A program made the translations under genes and the position numbers. Shown piece after piece: positions 37,825-46,992 of a DNA stretch of 64,000 bases (within the stretch, counting starts at the first letter, position 1; each line of letters starts with the position of its first letter). The notes under the pieces are model-generated. The model did no database searches and was not told the DNA's origin. It saw only the letters and a program-made list of their open reading frames with translations. Source of the DNA: Bdellovibrionales bacterium (GTDB lineage Bacteria > Bdellovibrionota > Bdellovibrionia > Bdellovibrionales > UBA1609); the NCBI GenBank assembly GCA_041690295.1, contig JAWLHR010000008.1:58215-122214 (forward strand), given 5' to 3'.

Positions 37825-38811
37825 TTAGAACACGTTCATCGTTGCGGAGAGAGCCACATTGGTGAAGTCGCTGCGGATATTATCCGGAACGAATTGCACG
37901 TTCGGATAGAGGTAAATATCGCGAGTCACCGAGATCCCCACGCCAACAGACTGATATACAAAAGTCTGGAGCAAGCGATAACGGTTAGGATCACCGTACA
38001 GGTGGCGCCAGTTGAAGTATCCAAATACGGTTCTGAACGAGTAGGTATCGTTAAACGCGTATTCCATGAACGGATAGACTCCCAAGCTCCATTGAGTTCT
38101 GGAGTCTCCACCGTAGAAATTCTTATACTTCTCCCGACTTTTCAAATTGCTGATTTGGCCGGGCTTCGTGTCATAGAAGTAGTGAGCACTACCCACCGAC
38201 AGACCGAGCGTCAGCCCATTCTGGAAAGCATGAAGGCCGGTCACGCTCGCCGAGATCGAACCATCACGATCAATACCGCGCGATTCTTGGGATGTACCGA
38301 GCGACATGCCAACTGCACCAGACATCTGCAGCGGACCCACTTTGCCGACCAAGTTGTAAGCAGCATTGGGATCGAAAACGTTGAATTGAGTTTCGTTCTT
38401 ATCAAGGTCACCTTGGAACGGAGTCATCATTCCAAAGGAAGTTCCAACCGTCACACTCTGGCTTTTGCTCCAGCGGTAACGAGCATTGAGACCAATATCA
38501 CCGCTTGTGCGCTCCTGGTTGCCCGGCTCGCCAGCCGCGAGATTTGGACGATCTTTACCGAAAGGCCGCGAAACGGCACCACCGGTGTAGGCGATCGATG
38601 TCGAAAGAGAGAATTTCGACTTGGAACCGCTCTCAGCACGCATGCGGGCGTTCGTGATTTCTTCGTCAATGTTACCATCGACTTTATTCTTCTGATCAGC
38701 GGCGTCTTCGATTTTGATGGTCGTTTGACCTTCCGCTTGAGAAGTTTCTTGCGCCCAAACCGAGCCGGCCATCATTGCCAACGCGATCAGCGCTACGCTC
38801 TTGTTCAACAT
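37825..38811 (-). CDS. Putative outer-membrane beta-barrel protein
   Basis: Signal peptide, alternating amphipathic strands, terminal Phe; own terminator. Confidence 0.75.
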   Translation of the reverse strand: MLNKSVALIALAMMAGSVWAQETSQAEGQTTIKIEDAADQKNKVDGNIDEEITNARMRAESGSKSKFSLSTSIAYTGGAVSRPFGKDRPNLAAGEPGNQERTSGDIGLNARYRWSKSQSVTVGTSFGMMTPFQGDLDKNETQFNVFDPNAAYNLVGKVGPLQMSGAVGMSLGTSQESRGIDRDGSISASVTGLHAFQNGLTLGLSVGSAHYFYDTKPGQISNLKSREKYKNFYGGDSRTQWSLGVYPFMEYAFNDTYSFRTVFGYFNWRHLYGDPNRYRLLQTFVYQSVGVGISVTRDIYLYPNVQFVPDNIRSDFTNVALSATMNVF

Positions 38812-38968
38812 TGAATCCCCTTTTGTGTGTTTGTTAAGAAACCAAACCCAAAATCGCCTCGGTTATGCATTGAGTCGTTTTGGTTGGTCAAGTGGATAAA
38901 TAGACGTGATCTTGATTAGTTACCAAGTCGGCCTAAACAAGCGCTTATATGATACAAATGTAATATTT

Positions 38969-39598
38969 TCAGCGGGCGACGGATAGAAAAGGTACACTGG
39001 CGCTCAGTTTTTTGGCCAAAAGCGCTTCAGCCTTCTCGGCGGAGAAGGTGGCGAAGTCGACCATTAAACCCTGGCGGTAGAGGGCGTATCGGGTCGCCTC
39101 CCCTTCTCTTGAAAGGACCATGACCACCGGAATGTCTTTTCTGACCTCGGGTTCGCTACCCTCTTCGGGTTGCTCCACCGAGACGATGACGTGGGAAATG
39201 GAATCGTCGTGGTGATAAATCCGGTAATGGATCACATCATAGCCGGTCTCATCGCGGTATTCAGAGCTGCGAAGCGTTTCACGGCTGAACTCTTTCACCC
39301 CGCGATTGAGGACTTCCGTAAGGGCGTCCATGGTCGATAAACCGGCCAAGGGGAATTGGTCGGCGATTTCATCCGATTTCCAAGAGGACTCAAGTTCCGC
39401 GCGGCGACCGGGCTGGGAAGCGGTGGCGTCCACCGGTTGAGGCGTGATCGGCGTGGGCGCGATAGGACGGCTCACGGATTTCACGTGCACCGGATAGGAG
39501 GCAAACTCCACGTTGCCGCTGGTGATGGCGATCAGCGCGCTGGCCAAAATCAACCCCAGCGCAAACTGCCGCAACCCTGTCTTTAAATTTTCTGACAT
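38969..39598 (-). CDS. Hypothetical membrane-anchored protein
   Basis: N-terminal TM, Pro-rich linker; upstream TGGCACG box. Confidence 0.65.
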   Translation of the reverse strand: MSENLKTGLRQFALGLILASALIAITSGNVEFASYPVHVKSVSRPIAPTPITPQPVDATASQPGRRAELESSWKSDEIADQFPLAGLSTMDALTEVLNRGVKEFSRETLRSSEYRDETGYDVIHYRIYHHDDSISHVIVSVEQPEEGSEPEVRKDIPVVMVLSREGEATRYALYRQGLMVDFATFSAEKAEALLAKKLSASVPFLSVAR

Positions 39599-39625
39599 CC
39601 ATGTCTTCCGCACGCGTTTGAGATA

Positions 39626-39641
39626 AACAGTATTCGTGCCA
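39626..39641 (-). promoter_or_regulatory. Putative sigma54 promoter
   Basis: TGGCACGAATACTGTT: perfect -24 box, imperfect -12. Confidence 0.4.
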
Positions 39642-39800
39642 CTCGAAACGGACGAAATATCCTAATGTTTTCGATCTTATGAAATTTTCTTATATGAATT
39701 TCCTGCAGATCGGCGACATTTTTCGGCGCTGGATTCCTGGTCTTCTTCCTATCAGAAACTGCTCTTCAGGCGGCCATGAGGTGAGCCACGCCAGCCTGTC

Positions 39801-40738
39801 TCATCGGCGCCACTGATTCGCGACTGTTTTGCCCAAGACCTTCTCAGCCATAAGCAAGTTGTGTTTTCGGCAAAGCACATTAAGGTTGCCCGGTGCGTTT
39901 GATCCGCCCTGGGCGCGATGACGGATATGATTAATCTGGAGCTGGTACTGGCTTCCACATCGGCGGCCGGACACCGGATCCACATAGGCACATCCGCCCA
40001 CATGTTTCTTGAACGTGACCCGTTGAAGGGGTTTGGGAACAGCGATGACGCCCCGCTTAGCCGCTGCGGAGTCGGTTTGTTTTTCCCCGAAAACTTTCTC
40101 GTTGAAGATTTTCCGCTGGCACTTGTGATGCACGGGATCTTCGCGGTTCAGGTAATATCGAGCTAGGTGCGAAACCAGGTCATTTAGTTTGCCTTGTGGA
40201 AATTTGTGGGAAAGCAAAGCTTTAACCCGATCAAGCAGCTGCAAAGTTTCTTCGGAAAAATTCGCCGACAAGCGACAGGTGGTTTCGTTAATGACCGTCT
40301 TTCGGTCTTGCTGAACCGAAACCGACGCTTCTGGTAATAGACTCATTAGCGCCTGTTCGGCTTGCTGAGCGCTCTTTCTCTCGATTGCCCGGATGACCTT
40401 CTCTTTTTGATCTTGGCTAACTTTTCCAGTCTCCTTTTCCTGCGCTCGAATCATGGACTGTGCTTTCGCCAAGGTCGTAAGGTTCACATCCCCCGATGCA
40501 ATTTTTTGTTCGACCTGTGGAACCGCCCGAAAAGCCGTGCGGCTTGAATGCGCCGGTTAGCGGCGGCTTCGGAATAACTAAACCGGCCGACCAACCAGGC
40601 GAACAAACTCGGATATCCCCTCTCAAGATAAAGTTTTCGGTCCTCAGCCAGATTAATCAGTTTCAAAATCTCATTCGTCATTCGCCTTTCTTCGCGAACT
40701 GAATCCGACAACTTCATTTCAATTTGTTGATCTGTCAT
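39801..40738 (-). pseudogene. DUF222-like/HNH endonuclease gene split by a 1-nt frameshift at 40530-40533
   Basis: N-part RKLYLERGYPSLF...YSEAAANRRIQAAR; C-part CAY...RC...NHI...GGSN...NL..LCRKHN; one extra T restores ~312 aa. Confidence 0.8.
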
Positions 40739-41073
40739 ACACCCCTCCGAATCTTCGACTGCAAAATAGCATGGTTTTAGAAACGCGAATTTTTCCCGTC
40801 AGAACGCCCGCAGTCGCGAGATCTAACTTCAAACGCGAAGGATCGCGAAGAGTTTCAAAGAACGGATCTAAACTGATTTACATGCGAATGACGGGGTTCA
40901 GGAATTATCGCCACAAACGTATTTTGGATGTCGCGATTTTGGCTGAAAAAGGTGTCAAGTATTTTTTACTATTAAAAAATCCATTTTGCGGTGAGGCTGC
41001 TCGCTGAATGAATGACATTTTCGTTGGTGTGGATCACTTCAACGCTCGATCGATAACTTGAATCGGTCGGAAA

Positions 41074-43692
41074 TTAAAAATCCCAACCCAGCCGCAGATC
41101 CATGTTGGAGTAGAACAGGGACTGCGAGCCCGCGGCGCGAGTGCCGTCGTCATAGACGAAGTTGAACTGATGCCATTGACCGTACCAGAACGCTCCCAAC
41201 TTCAGCTGCTTGGTCAGGTTGTATGACAGACCGAGCGAGCCGTCGAAGGCGAACGTGGGCGTGATCGCGAACTCGTTCGCGCCGTCCGCCGTCGTGGACA
41301 GCGGGAACTGGTAGCGCATGAGCCAGTAATATCTCCATCGGGCGCGGTTCAACTCCGCCAGCACGCCAAGCGAGGCGGCGGTGATGTTGTTCGCCTTCTG
41401 AATGGCGATCTGATTACCATCGGCATCCTCGCCCGCTTTCAAGAACGGAATTCTGTGCTGCTGGATTCCCGCGCGGAAACCAAAGGCGATGCGACGATTC
41501 CATATTTTAAAGGAGCTGATTTTTCGCATGATGCCTTCAATGGAAGTGGTGATCCAGGTGTACTGCGGATTATCCACCCGAGTGCCGTCGGTGAACACGA
41601 TTTCACCCGGCGTCCGCTTATATGCGAACACGCCGCCGTAGCCACGTTCGCCGGTGAAACCCACCTCAACATATTGGCTTGGCGCCACAATATTCGAGGT
41701 GTTCAAGCTCAAACCCTCATCACCCGGGATCGCCTGCTTGTAATCGATGAAGTTGGCGCCAAGGCCGATCCATCCCCACCAGCCGTTGTGAATCCAATCG
41801 TCCTCGCGCTCCCGCTCGACCTTCGTTTTCACCCGCTCAACCGACGATTGGGGCCGCCGTTCATAACGAACCTTGGGCTCGTTTTTAGCCAACACTTGAG
41901 TGACCGGAACGTTCAGACGTTGAGGCGAAGAGAATTCACTGATGATGCGGCCATCGCTCGCCCGCGCGCGGGCACGCCAGAAATGGGAAACACCCGGATC
42001 CAGCGAGGCGCGCGCCAACGGCCGGTTGGTACTGAACTGAACCGGGTTAGAGAACCCAGGCTCATTCGCCACCTGCACATCATAAGAGGCCGCGAACAAG
42101 ATCGGCGTGAATCTCCATGTCGCGTCCACGCGATCGCCGGCGGGATTGAACACAGGATCGCCCACCGGGCGCGGCGGCGCCATGGTGATATGAAGAGGCC
42201 GAGGTGACGACCAATCGGAGGGTTTGAATCCATTACGCGACAACTGATAGGAGTAACGGAAACGATCGGGACGAAGTTTTTCAACCGGCCAGCCCAAGCC
42301 CGTTGTTTCGGGCTTGAGTTCAAAGGTCCGCCCGTCTTCGAATTGCACATTGACGCCGTCAATGGACTCACCCGGAAGCGAAAAGAAACTTCTGAGCAGA
42401 CCGTTCGCCGCCAGATACTGCCGTACATCCTCTTCCGAGGCCGAATAAAGGCGTGAAGGATAATTGCGATTGGGAATCACGACACGAGTGGGGAAACGGT
42501 CGCCGCGACTGAGACGAAGTTGCGGCTGCGGCGCTACGCTAAAGGGTCGCGGTTGGCTCCAGGACGTCAAACGCTCCCCGTAATCAGCGCGCACTCTGGC
42601 GAAATATTCTCCGACCGGAAGCTCAACCGCCAGCTTGGATTTTTCCGTGGATTGATTCACCAGGAATGATTTGAATTCCGGATCGGATGAAACCTGATAC
42701 CAGAGAGGGGTCGAAGAGCCGCGTTTATCAAACTCGAATTCAACCAAGGCCAAATCGTCCGCGCCAGCCGGGACTTGCTCCCGAACGAGGGGACGTAGGA
42801 TTTCCGGAACATGCATGCGGCGGTAGCGAATTCGCTGGACATTCGACAAAGCCTGATCAGGTCCGCGAACCCGGTAGAACAGCTCCATCGAACGGCTGAA
42901 TTTCACGTCGGTGGACATTTTAGTTCCGGCCTGTTTAACGAAGTGGATCTCTTTGAACGAAGGATCGACCGAGAACTCGACCGCGTATTCGTCGTTCGGC
43001 TCGCGAAGCCGTGGCTCCGTCCAGCCCCAGGCGAATTCCAAATCAACCGGCTTTTCCGAGAAAATGACTTCGTCCGTGGCGGGCTTTAAAATCTTGATCT
43101 TGTTCCGGGTGAGTTTGGCCTGCTTGCCCAAGAGCACCTGGGTGCCGGCGCTGAGCTTTCTCTTTTCACCGTTGATGATCACTTCAGCGGTTCCGCCCCG
43201 AAGATCCAACTGCGTTTCACCGCCCACTTTGGAAAGAATCAACTCGGCGCCGCCAGTGGTGGAAATGTCGATCGGGGCCCCTTGGCCGGTATCAATCACC
43301 ACGCGATCATTCTTCGCGATTCGACCAAGGAGAGTTCCGTAATTGAGATTCAAGAAATTCACATCTTGATCACGACGCAAAACAACCAGCGTATTCTGGG
43401 TGACGGTCATTTTGGTTTCACCCAAATTGAGTTGCGCTTCCGAAGCGTTACCCGCGTAAATCGCGTCGTTGTAAACCAGGTTGTCGCCGATGGTGGCTTT
43501 TTGCCATTTCAAATCGCCTTCGAACTTGATCCGCACGTCGCCGTCTTTCTTGGCGACCATCCCGATCACGTCACCGCGATTGCGGCTTCCTCCCCACATC
43601 CATTCGTCAAAGTAAAAGAGTCCGCCAGCGATGAGTAGAATGATCAACGCTCCAGCAATTAAAATACGATCGGCGCGGTTCTCGTTACGCAA
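41074..43692 (-). CDS. FecR-like N-terminal domain plus Ig/Fn3-like repeats plus C-terminal beta-barrel
   Basis: N-terminal TM; GDVRIK...WQ...D.IYAG..SEA FecR pattern; repeated SxDPxF / Y..RVR motifs; ends LGWDF. Confidence 0.75.
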   Translation of the reverse strand: MRNENRADRILIAGALIILLIAGGLFYFDEWMWGGSRNRGDVIGMVAKKDGDVRIKFEGDLKWQKATIGDNLVYNDAIYAGNASEAQLNLGETKMTVTQNTLVVLRRDQDVNFLNLNYGTLLGRIAKNDRVVIDTGQGAPIDISTTGGAELILSKVGGETQLDLRGGTAEVIINGEKRKLSAGTQVLLGKQAKLTRNKIKILKPATDEVIFSEKPVDLEFAWGWTEPRLREPNDEYAVEFSVDPSFKEIHFVKQAGTKMSTDVKFSRSMELFYRVRGPDQALSNVQRIRYRRMHVPEILRPLVREQVPAGADDLALVEFEFDKRGSSTPLWYQVSSDPEFKSFLVNQSTEKSKLAVELPVGEYFARVRADYGERLTSWSQPRPFSVAPQPQLRLSRGDRFPTRVVIPNRNYPSRLYSASEEDVRQYLAANGLLRSFFSLPGESIDGVNVQFEDGRTFELKPETTGLGWPVEKLRPDRFRYSYQLSRNGFKPSDWSSPRPLHITMAPPRPVGDPVFNPAGDRVDATWRFTPILFAASYDVQVANEPGFSNPVQFSTNRPLARASLDPGVSHFWRARARASDGRIISEFSSPQRLNVPVTQVLAKNEPKVRYERRPQSSVERVKTKVEREREDDWIHNGWWGWIGLGANFIDYKQAIPGDEGLSLNTSNIVAPSQYVEVGFTGERGYGGVFAYKRTPGEIVFTDGTRVDNPQYTWITTSIEGIMRKISSFKIWNRRIAFGFRAGIQQHRIPFLKAGEDADGNQIAIQKANNITAASLGVLAELNRARWRYYWLMRYQFPLSTTADGANEFAITPTFAFDGSLGLSYNLTKQLKLGAFWYGQWHQFNFVYDDGTRAAGSQSLFYSNMDLRLGWDF

Positions 43693-43782
43693 TTCTCAGA
43701 ATTCCCATCAATATATGTCTGAGAATCTTTTCGGACTGTTTTTCGCGTTTTTAGACCGGACTTACGTTGTGAAATTGGGAAA

Positions 43783-45432
43783 TTAATTTCTCAACTTTTC
43801 TTGAACCTGAAGTTCACGAGATCGAAAGCGCGACACCACCTGTTGATACCGGTCCTCCTCACCTGTAATGCGAACTTCGTGAAGAGCTGATCGAACAACC
43901 TCTAAAGCCTCTTCGGCGCGTTGAAGATCCATCAAGATATCGCTTTTGAGTAATTGCAGTGAGTACCAATTGAAACCATAGGCCAGGTCTTCCGCTTCGT
44001 TCGCGGCTTTTAACGCCTGCTCGAACTTTTTCCGCTTGCGATAAAGTCGCGCCAGCGAAACGCGAAACGTGGGTTCTTTGGGAAACTCTTGAATGAGAGC
44101 CTTGTACAGGACCTCGGCCTTGGCGAACTCGTCCGCTTGAACCAGACAAGCGGCCTGAACTTGACGCAAACTTCGATTTTCAAATTTCTCCACTTCCTGG
44201 ACGCACGTCTTGGCGGATAGGCGCTTCTCGATCTCCCTTTTCAAGACCCCATAGACTTGAGTCAGATAGTAATGCTCATCCGCCAAAAGACTGGCCCGTT
44301 CCATTTCACTTAGATTCTTCTTCTGATTCAGAAATTCAAGCCGATCCGCGATCCGTTTTTCGTACATCCGGCAAGCCTCAACATCCAGATGGCAAAGCTG
44401 CGAAAGATAGGCGGACCAACTGGAACCGTTTAAAGTCACTTCCAAAATATCTTTTAAGATCGACACTTTTTGCTCTTTTTGACCGTCACCGCTTTCTTCC
44501 AAAAGCCGCAACTGATGGGCTTTCACTTCCAGTTGAAGTTCGGGATAGGTATCTTTTTCCAGCAATCGCGCGACGAGATCATCCTTCTTTTGATCGAGGG
44601 CGAACCTAAGCAATCTCAATTCATCTTGCCTGGCCTTTTCACGATCCACCCGTGTGACCCAGTCCAGAGCCCGCCGCCACCACCGACCCTCCAAACGCGC
44701 GAGCACGCGCGACTCCACGGAGGAAAGAGGATCGTTCAAAAACGATTTCTGTTCCCGCGCCCACTGGGAAAATTCGCCGGCCTGCATCCGTCCGTTGTAA
44801 CGCGCGATCTCTTCCAAATTCGAGTTTAAAAGCACGAACGTCGGGTAATACCAATATGAAACCAGTTTTTCCCACTCCACGGCGGCGAGACTGTCGCCAT
44901 CGACATAAACCTTCAGCCAATCCCGAGTGGCCTCCTGAAACTCTTTTGTCGGGAAAAGAATTTCTTTGGCTTCATTGCATGGCGGACACCAATCGGTGCT
45001 GATCATTAAAAACACCGGAGATCTGGCTTCTTTCTTCAATTCGGCGGGATTCAGAAATTTAAATCCAGGCACCAATTTCTTTTTGACTTCAAAATTCTCG
45101 TTTTGATTTTCGAGCAAGCGGACAGGCTCACCCGACGAGACCTCGGCGACGTTCAGATTCAATGTTATGGGCTTGCAAAACGTCTTTTGATCATCGCACA
45201 CGTTCAAAACAGCGGTGGCTTTACCGGGGTTCAGAAACTGACATTTCAGATTCCGTGCCGTGGTTTTCACCGGCGAACGACCGGCGCATTTTTGTGGCGC
45301 CTCCATGCTGAAATGGTGCCCCGATTTCGGCCTGAACTGGACGATTTCGTTACGCAAGACTTCTCGCGGATATTTCTCGATCAGTTCCGTGTCGGCAAAA
45401 ACTAGATTCAGTAAACTCAAAAGAATAAACAT
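43783..45432 (-). CDS. Exported thioredoxin-domain plus TPR protein
   Basis: TDWCPPC, YPTFVLL; C-terminal TPRs. Confidence 0.8.
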   Translation of the reverse strand: MFILLSLLNLVFADTELIEKYPREVLRNEIVQFRPKSGHHFSMEAPQKCAGRSPVKTTARNLKCQFLNPGKATAVLNVCDDQKTFCKPITLNLNVAEVSSGEPVRLLENQNENFEVKKKLVPGFKFLNPAELKKEARSPVFLMISTDWCPPCNEAKEILFPTKEFQEATRDWLKVYVDGDSLAAVEWEKLVSYWYYPTFVLLNSNLEEIARYNGRMQAGEFSQWAREQKSFLNDPLSSVESRVLARLEGRWWRRALDWVTRVDREKARQDELRLLRFALDQKKDDLVARLLEKDTYPELQLEVKAHQLRLLEESGDGQKEQKVSILKDILEVTLNGSSWSAYLSQLCHLDVEACRMYEKRIADRLEFLNQKKNLSEMERASLLADEHYYLTQVYGVLKREIEKRLSAKTCVQEVEKFENRSLRQVQAACLVQADEFAKAEVLYKALIQEFPKEPTFRVSLARLYRKRKKFEQALKAANEAEDLAYGFNWYSLQLLKSDILMDLQRAEEALEVVRSALHEVRITGEEDRYQQVVSRFRSRELQVQEKLRN

Positions 45433-45569
45433 AAACGCCCCATCCAATGGGATACCATAGCCTGCAACCGATCAATTCGACAATGTGGTCGCCGTGCTGC
45501 GCGCCGCGATAACTCTGGCCTGATGATTCTCATTCCGCTTCAATGGAAGGAATCTACCGAGAGAGGAAA

Positions 45570-46001
45570 ATGATGGACACGAAAAAGGTGATCGATGCGC
45601 TCAACGTGATTCTCGAAAACGAGTTAGCGGGGGTTGTCCGCTACACGCATTATTCTCTGATGGTGTTCGGCCATAACCGTATCCCCATCGTTAAGTGGCT
45701 GCGTGATCAAGCCACCGAATCATTGAATCATGCCAATCAAGCCGGCGAATTGGTCACCACTCTGGGTGGACATCCCTCACTCAAGATCAGCTCTCTTTTG
45801 GAAACCCATAAACACTCCATCAACGATATCTTGCAGGAAAGTCTACAGCACGAGCAGGAGCAGCTGCAAAATTACAAGAACTTACTGAAGCTCGTGGAAG
45901 GTCACTCCGTCATGATCGAGGAGTACGCGCGCCAGATGATTTTCGACGAGGAAACCCATGTTTCCGAAGTTCAAAAAATGATTCGCGCGCCGGGATCTTA
46001 A
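45570..46001 (+). CDS. Bacterioferritin-like protein
   Basis: LN..LENEL..V.RY, ESLNH, HE, DEETH ferroxidase pattern. Confidence 0.85.
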   Translation: MMDTKKVIDALNVILENELAGVVRYTHYSLMVFGHNRIPIVKWLRDQATESLNHANQAGELVTTLGGHPSLKISSLLETHKHSINDILQESLQHEQEQLQNYKNLLKLVEGHSVMIEEYARQMIFDEETHVSEVQKMIRAPGS

Positions 46002-46873
46002 AGCGTCGAGAGCTGACGTAAGAAATCAAAAAATTTGCGCTGATCGTGAACTCTCTCTTGGAGTTCCGGATCGATGGGCTTTCCCTTTCGCGACTCATTC
46101 CAATCGTACCAGTAGAAATACATCAGCGTGATCGGACCGAAGTAGTTGAAAAACTGTTTGAAAGGATAGGTCGGCTGAAAGGTTCGCAGAATTTCAAACA
46201 AAGCGAAATCCGAAGCCTTCGGTACGGTGGCATTGGGGAACAATCGGCTCATACCCACACCCGGAAGGAACCGATCCACCACCTTCCCCGTGCGATTCAC
46301 GATGTACCCCATTAAGTTGCGGACCTGCGGTGAACCGAACGGTAATGCCGCGAGCAAAGCATACATGGCGTAATTAAATAATCCCTCGGTCGGTTGGCCG
46401 CGTTTTTCCGCCTGACGCTCATTCAACATCCCTTGCAGCAAAAGGAGCCGGCGCTGGCGCTCATCATCAATCAAACGTCGCTCGTAGAGATCCTGGGTTA
46501 AAAGATGGAGGGCCGACAAATAGGTTGTTCGACTGAGGTTGTTCTTCGTAATCCGATTGCAAACTTCCCGAGCCATGGACGTCACTTCATCCGGTCGCGC
46601 CACATCAAAGAGAAAGCTGCTGAAAAGGCGCCCCAGTTGACTGGTCCATAACGTATCCAGAACCTGCTGGCGGCGAAGTTTCATCGTTTCATCTTCACCC
46701 ACCTCAAGTTGCGGTGGCCGTTCCTCTTTGGGCTCGGAGGGAGTCTCCACCAGCGGTGGCTGCGGTTTGGGTTGAGGCGGCGCGGGTGATTTATGAATGC
46801 TCCCGCGGTCACATGCGGAGATCAGGAGACTGGGAATCAAGGTCGCCGCCGCCAGCTGATTCTTCCAGAGCAT
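45998..46873 (-). CDS. Hypothetical lipoprotein
   Basis: LISAC lipobox, Pro-rich linker, two hydrophobic segments. Confidence 0.65.
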   Translation of the reverse strand: MLWKNQLAAATLIPSLLISACDRGSIHKSPAPPQPKPQPPLVETPSEPKEERPPQLEVGEDETMKLRRQQVLDTLWTSQLGRLFSSFLFDVARPDEVTSMAREVCNRITKNNLSRTTYLSALHLLTQDLYERRLIDDERQRRLLLLQGMLNERQAEKRGQPTEGLFNYAMYALLAALPFGSPQVRNLMGYIVNRTGKVVDRFLPGVGMSRLFPNATVPKASDFALFEILRTFQPTYPFKQFFNYFGPITLMYFYWYDWNESRKGKPIDPELQERVHDQRKFFDFLRQLSTL

Positions 46874-46992
46874 GAAATTGGATTTGAGCAACATCCATGC
46901 CTACAGATTTTGTTGAATAAAATTCGAAATACCTGACGTTGGCCGGTCACCGGATTGTTGCGGGACCATTAACCGTGCTATAGGGACCTGGC

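Noticed and set aside
37894..38814. 306-aa + strand ORF
   Set aside because: Antisense shadow of the beta-barrel gene, which has the signal peptide, RBS and terminator
40525..40540. Programmed frameshift in the HNH gene
   Set aside because: No canonical X_XXY_YYZ heptamer; a second 1-nt loss at about 26290 makes indel error or decay more likely
40771..41007. 78-aa + strand ORF in the HNH leader
   Set aside because: No RBS or recognisable motif; treated as non-coding
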